Assembly (NCBI GenBank): GCA_031962025.1
Contig: JAVRKW010000001.1
Strand: one strand, 5' to 3'
DNA length: 64,000 nt
Source: Pseudothermotoga sp.
GTDB taxonomy: Bacteria > Thermotogota > Thermotogae > Thermotogales > DSM-5069
A program made the position numbers and the translations under genes. The notes under the pieces were generated by a model. It was not told the origin of the DNA. It worked only from the letters and a program-made list of their open reading frames with translations, and did no database searches. Positions within the stretch are counted from its first letter, which is position 1; each line of letters opens with the position of its first letter. Shown here one piece after another: positions 50,887 to 60,881 of this stretch.

Positions 50887-51006
50887 CTTATGTAGAACTC
50901 AATTACATAGTTGTAAAATATTTGTGTATAGAATTTTAATAAATCAGTCGCTGAAAACCACCTTGATTATGAATTATTACTGTGATATGATAAAGACAGT
51001 GAGTTT

Positions 51007-51093
51007 GCCGAGGTGGCGGAAATGGCAGACGCGCATGACTCAGGATCATGTGGGTTTACTCCCGTGCGGGTTCAAGTCCCGCCCTCGGCACCA
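51007..51093 (+). tRNA. tRNA-Leu(CAG)
   Basis: GCCGAGG/CCTCGGC acceptor stem plus ACCA, anticodon arm CATGA-CTCAGGA-TCATG, long variable arm and GTTCAAG T-loop. Confidence 0.96.
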
Positions 51094-51121
51094 GTAAAAG
51101 TTCTACAGTGGAGGCTTTCAG

Positions 51122-51832
51122 TTGGAATTAGTTCGACTTTTTGACCTGCCTATCACAATCGCTGAAAAACAGGAGCTTCTCTGGTTACTCACTGAGCGAA
51201 TTTCAAGCGGAAAAAAGACCTTTGTTGTCACAGCAAATGCTTCGATTGTTGTTAAAGCTGTTGAAGACGAATTTTACAAAAAAGCGGTTGAAAAAGCCAA
51301 CCTGATTTTTCCGGACGGAATCGGAGTTGTATGGGCTATCAAGAAGATTCACAAAAAACAATCACAGAGGATAACCGGTATAGATACGATGATTGAGTTG
51401 TGCAAAATTGCTGAACAGAGAAACTGGCGGGTATTTCTGCTTGGTGCACGTCCAGAGGTTGTGGCTAAAGCGGCGGAAAATCTCAACAAACAGTTCAACG
51501 GCATTGTCCGTGGATATTATCATGGATATTTCATGAACGATGAGCCAATCGAAATTATCAACAAAAGCAAAGCAGATCTTGTTTTCGTTGGTATGGGAGT
51601 GCCAAAGCAGGAACTGTGGATCAGCGAGAATTTGTCAAAGATAGGTGCTGTTTTTGCCATGGGTGTTGGAGGTTCGTTCGATGTAATCTCTGGTTTCAAA
51701 AAAAGGGCTCCCAGGTTCATTCAAAAAATCCACCTGGAATGGCTTTACCGGTTTCTTCAATCACCACTTGACAAAAAAAATGTACCGCGTGATGTTCTCA
51801 AGTTCATAAAAATAGTTCTTTCAAATCACTGA
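51122..51832 (+). CDS. WecG/TagA family glycosyltransferase
   Basis: VVTANA, PDGIG, RITGID, GMGVPKQE, GVGGSFD and EWLYR motifs. Confidence 0.92.
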   Translation: MELVRLFDLPITIAEKQELLWLLTERISSGKKTFVVTANASIVVKAVEDEFYKKAVEKANLIFPDGIGVVWAIKKIHKKQSQRITGIDTMIELCKIAEQRNWRVFLLGARPEVVAKAAENLNKQFNGIVRGYYHGYFMNDEPIEIINKSKADLVFVGMGVPKQELWISENLSKIGAVFAMGVGGSFDVISGFKKRAPRFIQKIHLEWLYRFLQSPLDKKNVPRDVLKFIKIVLSNH

Positions 51833-52998
51833 TTTGATTTGCTCATGAAAATGATCGCCATGACTGAAAAAAGTTCCATCAGCACCGAGAAAGTTACCAG
51901 CAGGACCAGTGATCTTTCGTATAAGATACCCATCAATAAGCTGCCAAGAAACCAGGCAAGACCAAAAATCGTGTTGAAGATTCCATAGGCTGTGCCTCGT
52001 TTCTGAACAGGTATCAGATTTGCAACAACAGCTTTCAGTATGGATTCCTGAGCACCTATTCCTACACCCCACAGACACACACCGAAAACTACAGCAAATA
52101 GATTCTTGGACAAAAAAACAAAAGGTGCAAAAAACGCGGCAATCGACGAGGAAATTATCAGAACTACCAGACCGCGTTTGTCGAAAAGCTTACCAAATAC
52201 AACCGCTGCCAGAGCGTCGATTCCCATAGCAATTGAGTAAAACAGAGGGATAAAAGAGGCACTCACTAAGTTGGTTCTGGAAAAATGATAGGCTATCAAT
52301 GGAAAATCTGCAAAACCTGCGGCAATAAAAGAGATTGCCACAAGATACCAGCGAAAACTCTTTGTCATTAATCGATCTGATCTGGTAGAAGTGGTTTTTT
52401 CAAAATCGCTCGGTGTTGGAAACAGAATTCGACCAACTGTTAAAAGAACCAGTGAAACAATGGCGGGTATGAGTAACAACAAGAAAGCAGACCTGTATCT
52501 TGAAAGTTCCTCTCCATTTTTCAAAGCCAAGGCAACTGATAGAATCACCGGTCCTGTCACGGCTCCTATCTGATCTAAAGCTTCTTCAAGACCAAATCCC
52601 CAGCCTGATCCAACCTGTTTTACGGCAAATGACATCATCGTGTCCCTCGCGGGTTTTCTAACTGCCTTACCGAATCTTTCAGCTATCAAAAGCAGGACTG
52701 CTATCTGCCAGTGTCCTACAAAAGCCAGAGAGGGAACAGCCAGCAAATTCATCAGGTAACCAGAAAAGGTCAGCAACCAGTAACGCCTTGTTCTATCTGC
52801 AAAGTATCCGCTCACAAGCCTGAAGGCGTAACCCACGAATTCGCCGAGCCCTGCGGTTAACGAAATGACAGTGGCACTGGCACCAAGAAGACCGAGGTAT
52901 GGTCCTGATATGCTCCTGGCTCCTTCGTAAACGATATCGGAAAAAAGACTCACAAAACCCATCAAAATTATGAACTTGATTGCTGAACGTGATTTCAA
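51826..52998 (-). CDS. MFS transporter
   Basis: About 12 TMs; GYFADRTRR and ERFGKAVRKPARD motifs; start probably TTG 52998. Confidence 0.88.
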   Translation of the reverse strand: MKSRSAIKFIILMGFVSLFSDIVYEGARSISGPYLGLLGASATVISLTAGLGEFVGYAFRLVSGYFADRTRRYWLLTFSGYLMNLLAVPSLAFVGHWQIAVLLLIAERFGKAVRKPARDTMMSFAVKQVGSGWGFGLEEALDQIGAVTGPVILSVALALKNGEELSRYRSAFLLLLIPAIVSLVLLTVGRILFPTPSDFEKTTSTRSDRLMTKSFRWYLVAISFIAAGFADFPLIAYHFSRTNLVSASFIPLFYSIAMGIDALAAVVFGKLFDKRGLVVLIISSSIAAFFAPFVFLSKNLFAVVFGVCLWGVGIGAQESILKAVVANLIPVQKRGTAYGIFNTIFGLAWFLGSLLMGILYERSLVLLVTFSVLMELFSVMAIIFMSKSNQ

Positions 52999-53060
52999 AG
53001 TACAGTCACCTCTTTTTGCTGTACTGTGAGTTATCATTATTATAAGTGAGGTGAAGTTAC

Positions 53061-54722
53061 GTGAAGATTAAGAAGCTCGATCCTTCAGTTGTCTCAAGAA
53101 TTGCGGCTGGAGAGGTGATCGTTGGAACACATTCTGTTGTGAAGGAATTGGTCGAGAATTCGATAGATGCAGGTGCAACAAGAATAGTTGTTGAACTGAT
53201 AAACGGTGGAAAAGATGAGATAAAAGTTCAGGATAATGGTGAAGGAATGGACAGAGACGATTTAATAAACTGTTTTGAACCACATGCAACCAGTAAAATT
53301 TCGAGTTTTGAAGATATCTACAAGCTCAACTCTTTTGGCTTTCGTGGTGAAGCTCTTTATTCCATCTGCCAGGTGAGTAAGACTAAGATAATCTCAAGGG
53401 TTGAACAATCGCAGATAGGAAACGAAATTGAGGTTGTGGCAGGACATTTGATATATGAAAAACCGTGTGCCTGTCAAAAGGGCACAACGGTCATCGTCAA
53501 AGATTTGTTTTTCAACGTACCTGCAAGAAGAAAATTTTTAAAATCATCTGCCATTGAAGGTCGAATGGCAACAGAAACCTTTGAAAGATTCTGTCTATCC
53601 CACCCGCAAATAGCTTTCGTTCTATCCGTCGATCAGGAGATTGTGTACAACTTTGTTCCATCGACTTTAATTGAGCGTGTCAGATCCCTTTTTAAAGATG
53701 TACCCAAAGACCATCTGACTTCATTCGATATGGAAAGAAATGGAATGAGAATAACTGGCTGTGCAACTAAACCACCTTTTTTCAGAAATAGGAGATCACT
53801 CTTTGTTTATGTGAATGGTAGATACGTGGTCAATTCAACTATACAGAGTGCAATTTACTCTGCATACAGTGATTTTCTAAATCAAAAAGAACATCCATTA
53901 GTTGTCCTGAATCTATTCATTCCATCAAAAGATGTCGATGTGAACATACATCCTCAGAAACTGGAAGTGAAGTTTTCAGACGAAGAGAAAGTCTTCAAAT
54001 TCGTCAGAGATACAATCAGGGCTACTTTTGAAAAGGTCGTTATACATCAGATTCCCGTATCTTCATCATCAGACCGCAGAGTGCAGGAGTCTTTTGAAAC
54101 TTACAAAGTCAAGGAAAAAGAAACGCCAGTCACTTTTCCCCAGGATAGGCAGTTTCTTGAGCCATCGAATTTCAACGTGATCGGTATTGCAAAAGGAAGG
54201 TACATAATCACTCAAACCTCTGAAGCCCTGCTCATTGTCGATTTTCATGCAGCACATGAAAGGCTCATATACGATGAAATGATTTCCCGTCTGGGTGACA
54301 TGCCAGCCGCTGATCTGTTGATAGATGCTGAGATACCCCTGAGAAAAAGTGAGCTTGATCTTCTGAAAAGAACAGATCTTCTAAGAAAAATAGGCTTTGA
54401 CTATGAAATAGGAACGGAGAAAGTGGTCGTCAAAAAAATTCCAAAGTGGCTCGATCAAAGAGATCTCAGAGATTTTCTCGTGGAAAGTATTGACGAGATG
54501 AAATTGATTGACCTTCAGAGTTTTGAAGAAACTGTCAGAAAGATCATAGCCAATATAGCATGCAAGAGTGCGCTGAGAACCAAAGACAGGCTTGATAACC
54601 AGCAAGCTCTTTTGCTTGTGAAACGGATCTTTGATAAAAAGATCAGTGCCTGTCCACATGGTCGTCCAGTAGTTTATTCCATAGAGTTCAGAGATCTGGA
54701 TAAATTTTTCGAAAGGATCTGA
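53061..54722 (+). CDS. mutL: DNA mismatch repair endonuclease MutL
   Basis: IAAGEV, KELVENSIDA, GFRGEAL, DVNIHP, DFHAAHER, ACK and CPHGRP motifs. Confidence 0.96.
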   Translation: MKIKKLDPSVVSRIAAGEVIVGTHSVVKELVENSIDAGATRIVVELINGGKDEIKVQDNGEGMDRDDLINCFEPHATSKISSFEDIYKLNSFGFRGEALYSICQVSKTKIISRVEQSQIGNEIEVVAGHLIYEKPCACQKGTTVIVKDLFFNVPARRKFLKSSAIEGRMATETFERFCLSHPQIAFVLSVDQEIVYNFVPSTLIERVRSLFKDVPKDHLTSFDMERNGMRITGCATKPPFFRNRRSLFVYVNGRYVVNSTIQSAIYSAYSDFLNQKEHPLVVLNLFIPSKDVDVNIHPQKLEVKFSDEEKVFKFVRDTIRATFEKVVIHQIPVSSSSDRRVQESFETYKVKEKETPVTFPQDRQFLEPSNFNVIGIAKGRYIITQTSEALLIVDFHAAHERLIYDEMISRLGDMPAADLLIDAEIPLRKSELDLLKRTDLLRKIGFDYEIGTEKVVVKKIPKWLDQRDLRDFLVESIDEMKLIDLQSFEETVRKIIANIACKSALRTKDRLDNQQALLLVKRIFDKKISACPHGRPVVYSIEFRDLDKFFERI

Positions 54723-54727
54723 TAGAA

Positions 54728-55237
54728 ATGGAAGGCTTGCTGATCAGACAGGTGCGTCTTTCCGACGCGGCTGAGCTGGTAGCTTTCAAAAGACAGGTTT
54801 CATCTGAATCGAAATTCCTTTTGACATGTCCTGATGAAGTTGAAGACCTGATAGATCAAAGAAGAATGATAACAATATATCTGAGTGATATGCGAAGAAT
54901 ATTCTTAGTAGCTGAATACGATAAGCAGATAGTTGGAGTGATAACCCTTTCTGGTTCGAACAGAAGAAGGATAATGCACAAAGGCGAACTGGGTATAAGT
55001 GTGAAAAAACAATTCTGGGGTAAAGGTATTGGGACTGCTCTTATGGAAGAATGCCTGAAGATAGCAAAACAAAAGGGGTTCAAGAAAATTCAGTTGGAGG
55101 TAATGTCGAACAACGACAGGGCAATAGCACTCTACAAAAAATTCGGTTTTGAGGTAGAGGGTGTTAAAAGAAAGGCGGTTTTTGTTGATGGTGAATACAT
55201 CGATCTGGTGATGATGGGAAAATGGCTCGAAGATTGA
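54728..55237 (+). CDS. GNAT family N-acetyltransferase
   Basis: WGKGIG acetyl-CoA loop and N..AIALYKKFGF motif. Confidence 0.9.
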   Translation: MEGLLIRQVRLSDAAELVAFKRQVSSESKFLLTCPDEVEDLIDQRRMITIYLSDMRRIFLVAEYDKQIVGVITLSGSNRRRIMHKGELGISVKKQFWGKGIGTALMEECLKIAKQKGFKKIQLEVMSNNDRAIALYKKFGFEVEGVKRKAVFVDGEYIDLVMMGKWLED

Positions 55238-56061
55238 TCAAATTGCTGTTGATCTTTTTGGTATTGCTTTTTTGTTCATTAATACCAGTGTTATTGATCA
55301 AGCAACGGTTCAGTGAAATTGTCGAAAAAGATGCCGTGTTACTTGTTCAGACAGCTGCAAGATTGATAGAACTTCAGGTGGTGGAGAAGGTTAAAAACTC
55401 TTCTGGTTTATCAGATCAGATACCAGATCAGTATGTGAATCTGGCAAAAAAAGTCGGAGGGGTTTTTCTATACGACGAGCATCTCAAAAAGGTTGTCGTT
55501 TGCATTCGAAAAGAACAGGATGTACAGTCTACTCTGGTCTCTTTGAATGGTTTATCAGCTCCTGTGGTGTATTTTGTGACAGACACAGCTGGAAAAATCG
55601 TTGCAACTTCGGAGGTAGCTGGTATTGGTGAAACACTCTCTGGCATCATAACAGTTCAAGAAACCAACAAAGTATTCAAAACAAAATACAAGGGACACAG
55701 TGTCTATGCTTATGCTGCTGTGAACCCTGTTTATGGTTTTTATACGATCAGCTGTGTCCAAACAAAGGACATCTTCTGGCAGCTACTTTTTCCAGTTCTT
55801 CTATGCATCTGTATTGCTCTGACGGTATTGTTGATCATCTTTCAGGATTATTACAGAACCAAATTGCTCTCGATTGCAGAATCACTTGAGAAACTCTCAG
55901 AAGGCTCGACCGATGTGAGAATAAAGGACAGAAGGATTTCGAAAATCGTTGACCAGCTCAGCGAGAATATAAAGAGAAAGGATAGGATTTTGAGAAAAAC
56001 CGCACAGGAACTTGAAAATTTGAAGCAGACTCTCGAAAAGATCAGGGAGAAGAAATCATAG
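55222..56061 (+). CDS. Hypothetical two-TM protein with Cache-like periplasmic region and coiled-coil tail
   Basis: TM-YFVTDTAGKIVA-TM followed by a HAMP-like/coiled-coil segment; no output domain. Confidence 0.55.
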   Translation: MARRLIKLLLIFLVLLFCSLIPVLLIKQRFSEIVEKDAVLLVQTAARLIELQVVEKVKNSSGLSDQIPDQYVNLAKKVGGVFLYDEHLKKVVVCIRKEQDVQSTLVSLNGLSAPVVYFVTDTAGKIVATSEVAGIGETLSGIITVQETNKVFKTKYKGHSVYAYAAVNPVYGFYTISCVQTKDIFWQLLFPVLLCICIALTVLLIIFQDYYRTKLLSIAESLEKLSEGSTDVRIKDRRISKIVDQLSENIKRKDRILRKTAQELENLKQTLEKIREKKS

Positions 56062-56307
56062 ATTTTGTATAAAAACCAGTATCTGGGCGACTGCGATGTA
56101 CAGATCGTCTGGTATTTCCTCGAGCAGTTGGAGTCTGTACAGTTTTCTGACAAGATCTGGGGATGAAACTATTGGCACACCTGCTTTTTCAGCCTCTTCG
56201 ATGATCTTTTCGGCGACTTCTCCCTTTCCCTTGGCTATCACAAAAGGGGCATTGAATTTCTCCGGATCGTAACCAAGTGCAACTGCCAGTTTATGCATAT
56301 AGTCCAT
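56056..56307 (-). CDS. FlhB C-terminal-like protein (EscU/YscU family, stand-alone)
   Basis: AVALGYD...APFVIAKGKGEVAEKI...IPDDLYIAVA motif. Confidence 0.88.
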   Translation of the reverse strand: MDYMHKLAVALGYDPEKFNAPFVIAKGKGEVAEKIIEEAEKAGVPIVSSPDLVRKLYRLQLLEEIPDDLYIAVAQILVFIQNL

Positions 56308-56956
56308 CTTTTAGACCTCCTGTATTGATCAAAACCGTCCTGAAATATGTACTCAGCGAGCTTCTGAGTTGTTCAATCTGCTCTGTGCTGGCTTTAACAC
56401 CTGTCATATTCAAAAATATCTGGTCTGAAATGATGGTTCCTTCGATACTCATAACCTTAGAATTTCTCACAAAATCCACTCTGAATGTCTTTGATCTTCT
56501 ATCTATGAAAAGATGAAGCGGTTTTTCCAGGTCAGGTAGACTCCTGAAAGTGTAGGGATGTGAAAGTGTCATAAGCCATAAACCAAAGGCTTCCATGTCC
56601 TGGTTAACCTCACCATTTTTATAGTACAGCCCGAGCCTGTCAAAAAAATCATTGTCCAATCGTCCAGTACGCTTTTGGATTTGTTCTGCAACCTTTGCAA
56701 GAAATGGTATGTCAAGATCGCCTCTGGGTTTTTCTATACTCCGCAAAAGCGGTTGTAGCTGCTGTAAAGGAGGCAGAACTTCGGGGGCTTCAAAAATTTT
56801 TTCTGCGACATAAACCTTTGGATTAACTGGATATTCGGTTATTCTGACCAGTTCTCCGATCTGCGGTAATTTCCTGTTCATTTTGACCACAGTTTCACCT
56901 TTCTGGGTTTTTATCTTGACCCATTTTCCGAATCTGTCAATCACAACACCGTCCAT
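56291..56956 (-). CDS. Hypothetical protein (possibly FliK-related)
   Basis: Clear ORF with AGGAGG RBS upstream of the FlhB-like gene; function not recognised. Confidence 0.55.
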   Translation of the reverse strand: MDGVVIDRFGKWVKIKTQKGETVVKMNRKLPQIGELVRITEYPVNPKVYVAEKIFEAPEVLPPLQQLQPLLRSIEKPRGDLDIPFLAKVAEQIQKRTGRLDNDFFDRLGLYYKNGEVNQDMEAFGLWLMTLSHPYTFRSLPDLEKPLHLFIDRRSKTFRVDFVRNSKVMSIEGTIISDQIFLNMTGVKASTEQIEQLRSSLSTYFRTVLINTGGLKDGLYA

Positions 56957-57047
56957 TGAAACCCTCCTTTAGTATTATCGCCAGAACTTCGAAAAACAAC
57001 ATCACAAAATTGAATGTTATCATTTGTCTGAGAAAGGAGGGGGAATT

Positions 57048-58070
57048 TTGCAAATAAGCCAGTTCTTTGAAGTGGGTACTTGCGCTGCAATTTTATCATG
57101 GGGACAACTTGGAACATCACTGGCAAAGACAACCTATGGTTTGTTGAGGCACAGCAGAGTTTTCAAACCAGTTTGTGTTATAGCCGAACAGGAAGGAAGA
57201 AAAATCAGCGACTTTGTATCACCGGTGAGATTCGATGTGCCGATTGTAAACAGCGTTGACAAGGCAGTTCGCATGGGTGCAAAGGTTCTGATAATTGGTA
57301 TATCTAATGTTGGTGGATATCTGCCAGATGAGCTGGTGAGGCATATTCTCAAAGCAATCGAGTACGGGATCGATGTAGTTTCTGGATTACATCTCAAACT
57401 CTCTGAAACTGAACCGTTTCTCACAGCCTCGAAAATAACCAAAAGCCGCATAATAGATGTCAGACACTACGATGGAAAACTCAGAGTTCTGAACGGAGAA
57501 ATTCTCCAGTCCAGGGCAATTCGCGTCTGTGTTCTGGGTACGGATTGTGCTACCGGCAAGAGAACAACGGCAATTCAACTGTGGGAAGCCGCTTTGAAAA
57601 GAAATCTTCCAGCGGCTTTTCTCGCAACAGGACAGACTGGTATTATGATAGGGGCTGATGAAGGTGTTGCAATAGATGCATTGCCCGCAGATTTTGTACC
57701 CGGTGTTATCGAAGAGCTTATTCTTAAACTCGAGCGAAGTGGAAGTCGTTTGATATTCATAGAAGGTCAGGGTGCTTTGAGACATCCAGCGTATGGTCAG
57801 GTGACACTCGGTTTGATATATGGATGTATGCCTCAGTATGTGGTCATGGTACACGAACCACACAGAAAACATTTTGAATTCTTTGAAAACTTTCCTTTGC
57901 AACCAGATCCGCATAAGGAAATACAGTTGCTCAAACAGCTCGTTGATACAAAAGTTTTGGGAATATCGTGTCTTGATGAAAGCTACAGGCTCGATGATTA
58001 TTTCGTCTTTAATCCTTTTGATGAAAAACAACTTTCACAAATCATATCAAAATTGGAGGTGATTCTGTGA
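57048..58070 (+). CDS. DUF1611 family P-loop protein
   Basis: GTDCATGKRTT, ATGQTG and EGQG motifs; start probably TTG 57048. Confidence 0.88.
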   Translation: MQISQFFEVGTCAAILSWGQLGTSLAKTTYGLLRHSRVFKPVCVIAEQEGRKISDFVSPVRFDVPIVNSVDKAVRMGAKVLIIGISNVGGYLPDELVRHILKAIEYGIDVVSGLHLKLSETEPFLTASKITKSRIIDVRHYDGKLRVLNGEILQSRAIRVCVLGTDCATGKRTTAIQLWEAALKRNLPAAFLATGQTGIMIGADEGVAIDALPADFVPGVIEELILKLERSGSRLIFIEGQGALRHPAYGQVTLGLIYGCMPQYVVMVHEPHRKHFEFFENFPLQPDPHKEIQLLKQLVDTKVLGISCLDESYRLDDYFVFNPFDEKQLSQIISKLEVIL

Positions 58071-59095
58071 AGATCAGTTCAGTTTCTTTCAGGAGAGTTT
58101 TTTACCAGTACTTGCAACCATTCACGATATCACTTGGCACTCACGAAGAACAGGAAAATATCGAGGTTTGTGTGAAACTCGAAGATGGTACAGAGGGTTG
58201 GGGAGAGGCTTCGGCACTGTTTGTAATCTCCGGTGAGACTCCCCAAATGCTTGAAAAAATGGAAAGTACTGCAAAAGACATCCTGATAGGAAAAGAGATC
58301 GAGAAATACCAGATCCTGTTCAATTTACTCTCAAATTTAAGAGCAACACCTGCCATCAGAGCCGCTGTTGAGTTTGCCGTGATTGATGCGTTCTGCAAGA
58401 GGTTTGGAATAAAGCCGTATCAGTTCTTTGGCGGTGCCAAAGACAGGCTTGAGACTGACAAAACAGTCGGAATAGAAAATCTGCAAACCACGCTTGCAAA
58501 GGTTGAAAAAATTTACAAAGAAGGTTTCAAAAAGATAAAAATAAAGGTTGGTAGAGATGTCAAAACCGACATAGAAAGAGTTGTCAGCTCCCAAAAAATC
58601 GCACCAGATGCGAGTTTTGTGGTTGATGCCAATCAGGGATTCACACCAAAAGAAGCTGTAGAGTTCATTCAGGCACTTTATCGTGAATCTGTAAATGTCG
58701 ATGTTTTTGAACAGCCTGTATTCAGATATGACATTGAAGGATTGAAATTTGTCCGCTTGAACAGTCCATATCCTGTGGCGGCTGATGAAAGCGTCTTCAC
58801 AAAATACGACGCCTTGAGAGTAATAAAAGAGGAAGCAGCTGATGTGATAAACATCAAACTCATGAAATCAGGCTTGAGTGAGGCTCTGGCAATAATACAG
58901 ATGGCTCAGGCGGCAAATGTCAAATTGATGATCGGTTGCATGGGTGAAAGCAGTCTTGGAATCAGACAGAGTATCCATCTTGCCGCCGGTACAGGTGCGT
59001 TCACATACCATGACTTGGATTCTCATCTGTCTTTAAAAGAAGAAAAATTCAGGGGCGACTTCACGCAAGAAGGTCCTTTCATCATATTGAATTGA
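58067..59095 (+). CDS. L-Ala-D/L-Glu epimerase (enolase superfamily)
   Basis: KIKVG, DANQG, EQP, ADES, IKLMK, GCM and DLD motifs. Confidence 0.9.
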   Translation: MKISSVSFRRVFYQYLQPFTISLGTHEEQENIEVCVKLEDGTEGWGEASALFVISGETPQMLEKMESTAKDILIGKEIEKYQILFNLLSNLRATPAIRAAVEFAVIDAFCKRFGIKPYQFFGGAKDRLETDKTVGIENLQTTLAKVEKIYKEGFKKIKIKVGRDVKTDIERVVSSQKIAPDASFVVDANQGFTPKEAVEFIQALYRESVNVDVFEQPVFRYDIEGLKFVRLNSPYPVAADESVFTKYDALRVIKEEAADVINIKLMKSGLSEALAIIQMAQAANVKLMIGCMGESSLGIRQSIHLAAGTGAFTYHDLDSHLSLKEEKFRGDFTQEGPFIILN

Positions 59096-59108
59096 TCTTT
59101 GAAACAAT

Positions 59109-59127
59109 TTAGACTTAAAAAGTCTAA
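59109..59127. promoter_or_regulatory. 19-bp palindrome, DtxR/MntR-like operator
   Basis: TTAGACT-TAAAA-AGTCTAA, about 40 nt upstream of the Fe-S operon. Confidence 0.65.
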
Positions 59128-59167
59128 TATGAATGTAAACCGCACCATGTAAAATTAAAGTAAGGAG

Positions 59168-59911
59168 ATGGTGCGGTTGTTAATTCTGGACAATGTGAGT
59201 TTGAACGCAGATGGTAAATACATTCTCAAAAACGTAAATGCAGTTTTTGAAACGGGTAAAGTCTATGCCATCCTTGGTACAAATGGTGCTGGCAAGTCAT
59301 CTCTTGCATATCTCATAATGGGAATAAATGACTACAGACCATCCTCGGGAAAGATTTTGCTCGATAAAGAAGATATAACTGATCTTTCGATCACAGAGAG
59401 AGCCAAAAGAGGTCTGACATTACTCTGGCAGGAACCGGTGAGATTTCAAGGGATCAGTGTGGAGCAATACCTGACACTCGGTGGGAAAATAAAGGTCTCA
59501 AAAGATCAGGTTGAATCTGTGCTTAATCTTGTTGGACTCTCACCAGAACTTTACAGACACAGAATAGTCGATGGGCTTCTGAGTGGAGGAGAGAGAAAAA
59601 GAGTGGAGCTTGCTTCTATTTTGTTGCTAAACCCCAGGTATGCAATTCTCGATGAACCCGACTCAGGTATCGACATAATGTCCCTGTCGATGATTGAGAG
59701 AGTAGTTGAATACATCGTAAAAAACAATGGAACGGTTATCGTTATAACCCACAGAGAAGAGATCGCAAGGATATCCCAAGAAGCTTACCTTTTATGCAGT
59801 GGATCGATTCTCGCACACGGTTCACCTGATAAGATCATAGAGTACTATAAAAACAGGTGTGATGGTTGTTCACACGCAAATCTTCCAGATATAGAGGAAG
59901 TGAGAATATGA
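59168..59911 (+). CDS. SufC-like ABC ATPase (SmsC type)
   Basis: GTNGAGKS, LSGGERKRVE and LDEPDSGID motifs; C-terminal C-X20-C-X2-C. Confidence 0.88.
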   Translation: MVRLLILDNVSLNADGKYILKNVNAVFETGKVYAILGTNGAGKSSLAYLIMGINDYRPSSGKILLDKEDITDLSITERAKRGLTLLWQEPVRFQGISVEQYLTLGGKIKVSKDQVESVLNLVGLSPELYRHRIVDGLLSGGERKRVELASILLLNPRYAILDEPDSGIDIMSLSMIERVVEYIVKNNGTVIVITHREEIARISQEAYLLCSGSILAHGSPDKIIEYYKNRCDGCSHANLPDIEEVRI

Positions 59912-60867
59912 TAAGTGCGGTTGATCAGAAAAGAGAATTTGAAATGCTGAAGAAAGCTTATGAAAAAGCCGGTGGAGATGTTTCAAAATTTTTGGATAAA
60001 AGAGTTGCATCCTTGATAATAAGTAATGACAGGGTGATTGGTCTTAACAGCGTGGAAGGAATACAGATTTTTCCCCAAAAGATTGAGGATGGAGTAAAGG
60101 CAAAGATACTGGTGAAGAAAAACACCGTGATTCAGACTCCTGTTCATATCTGCACGGGTTTTGTAGAAAAAAAAGGACTCCAAAGGGTTATTTTTGAGAT
60201 AGAAGTTGAAGAGAACTCGCAGGTCAGATTTGTGGCTCACTGTACATTTCCATGGGTAGAAGAATTTACACATGATGCACTGGCATTGGTCCACGTTGGA
60301 AAGAACGCAAAGATGTACTATGCCGATGAACATTACCATTCTGATACTGGCTCGATAACTCTGAATACAGTCACAAAAGCTGTCGTGGAGGAAAACGGGC
60401 TTTTTGTAAATAACTTTACCCTGACAAAAACCAGAGTTGGTAAACTTCGCCTTGATGCGTCTGTGGAAATACACGACAACGCTGTTGCTGACTTATCAGC
60501 AAAGGTAAAGGCGAGCAAGTCAGATCAGGTTTCCATAAGGGAAAAACTCGATTTAGTGGGTTCTCATTCCAGCGGTATTGCAAAAACAACTGTTGTTGCT
60601 TTGGATCAGTCAAAGGTTAGGGTTGTAAATGAGGCTTATGGGATTGGCAGTTATTCAAAAGGTCATATAAAGTGTGAAGAGATAACAAAAGGTACAGGGG
60701 TAGATGTGAGCACTGTTCCTGTTTTGAAAGTGCTGAATGAACTGGCGGAGTTGACACACGAAGCTTCTATAGGTCGTGTCAATGCAAATCAACTTCAGAC
60801 ATTGATGGCTAAGGGATTGAGTGAAGATGAAGCAACTGAGTTAATAATAAAAGGTCTCATAGGATGA
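59908..60867 (+). CDS. SufB/SufD-family scaffold (SmsB type)
   Basis: PVHICTG, AHCTFP, GHIKCEE, LTHEASIG and LMAKGLSE motifs; start ATG 59908. Confidence 0.88.
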   Translation: MISAVDQKREFEMLKKAYEKAGGDVSKFLDKRVASLIISNDRVIGLNSVEGIQIFPQKIEDGVKAKILVKKNTVIQTPVHICTGFVEKKGLQRVIFEIEVEENSQVRFVAHCTFPWVEEFTHDALALVHVGKNAKMYYADEHYHSDTGSITLNTVTKAVVEENGLFVNNFTLTKTRVGKLRLDASVEIHDNAVADLSAKVKASKSDQVSIREKLDLVGSHSSGIAKTTVVALDQSKVRVVNEAYGIGSYSKGHIKCEEITKGTGVDVSTVPVLKVLNELAELTHEASIGRVNANQLQTLMAKGLSEDEATELIIKGLIG

Positions 60868-60881
60868 CAGGAGGGGTGAAG

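Noticed and set aside
51007..51093. tRNA-Leu as an integration site for an island or prophage
   Set aside because: No integrase and no duplicated tRNA 3' end were seen in the window.
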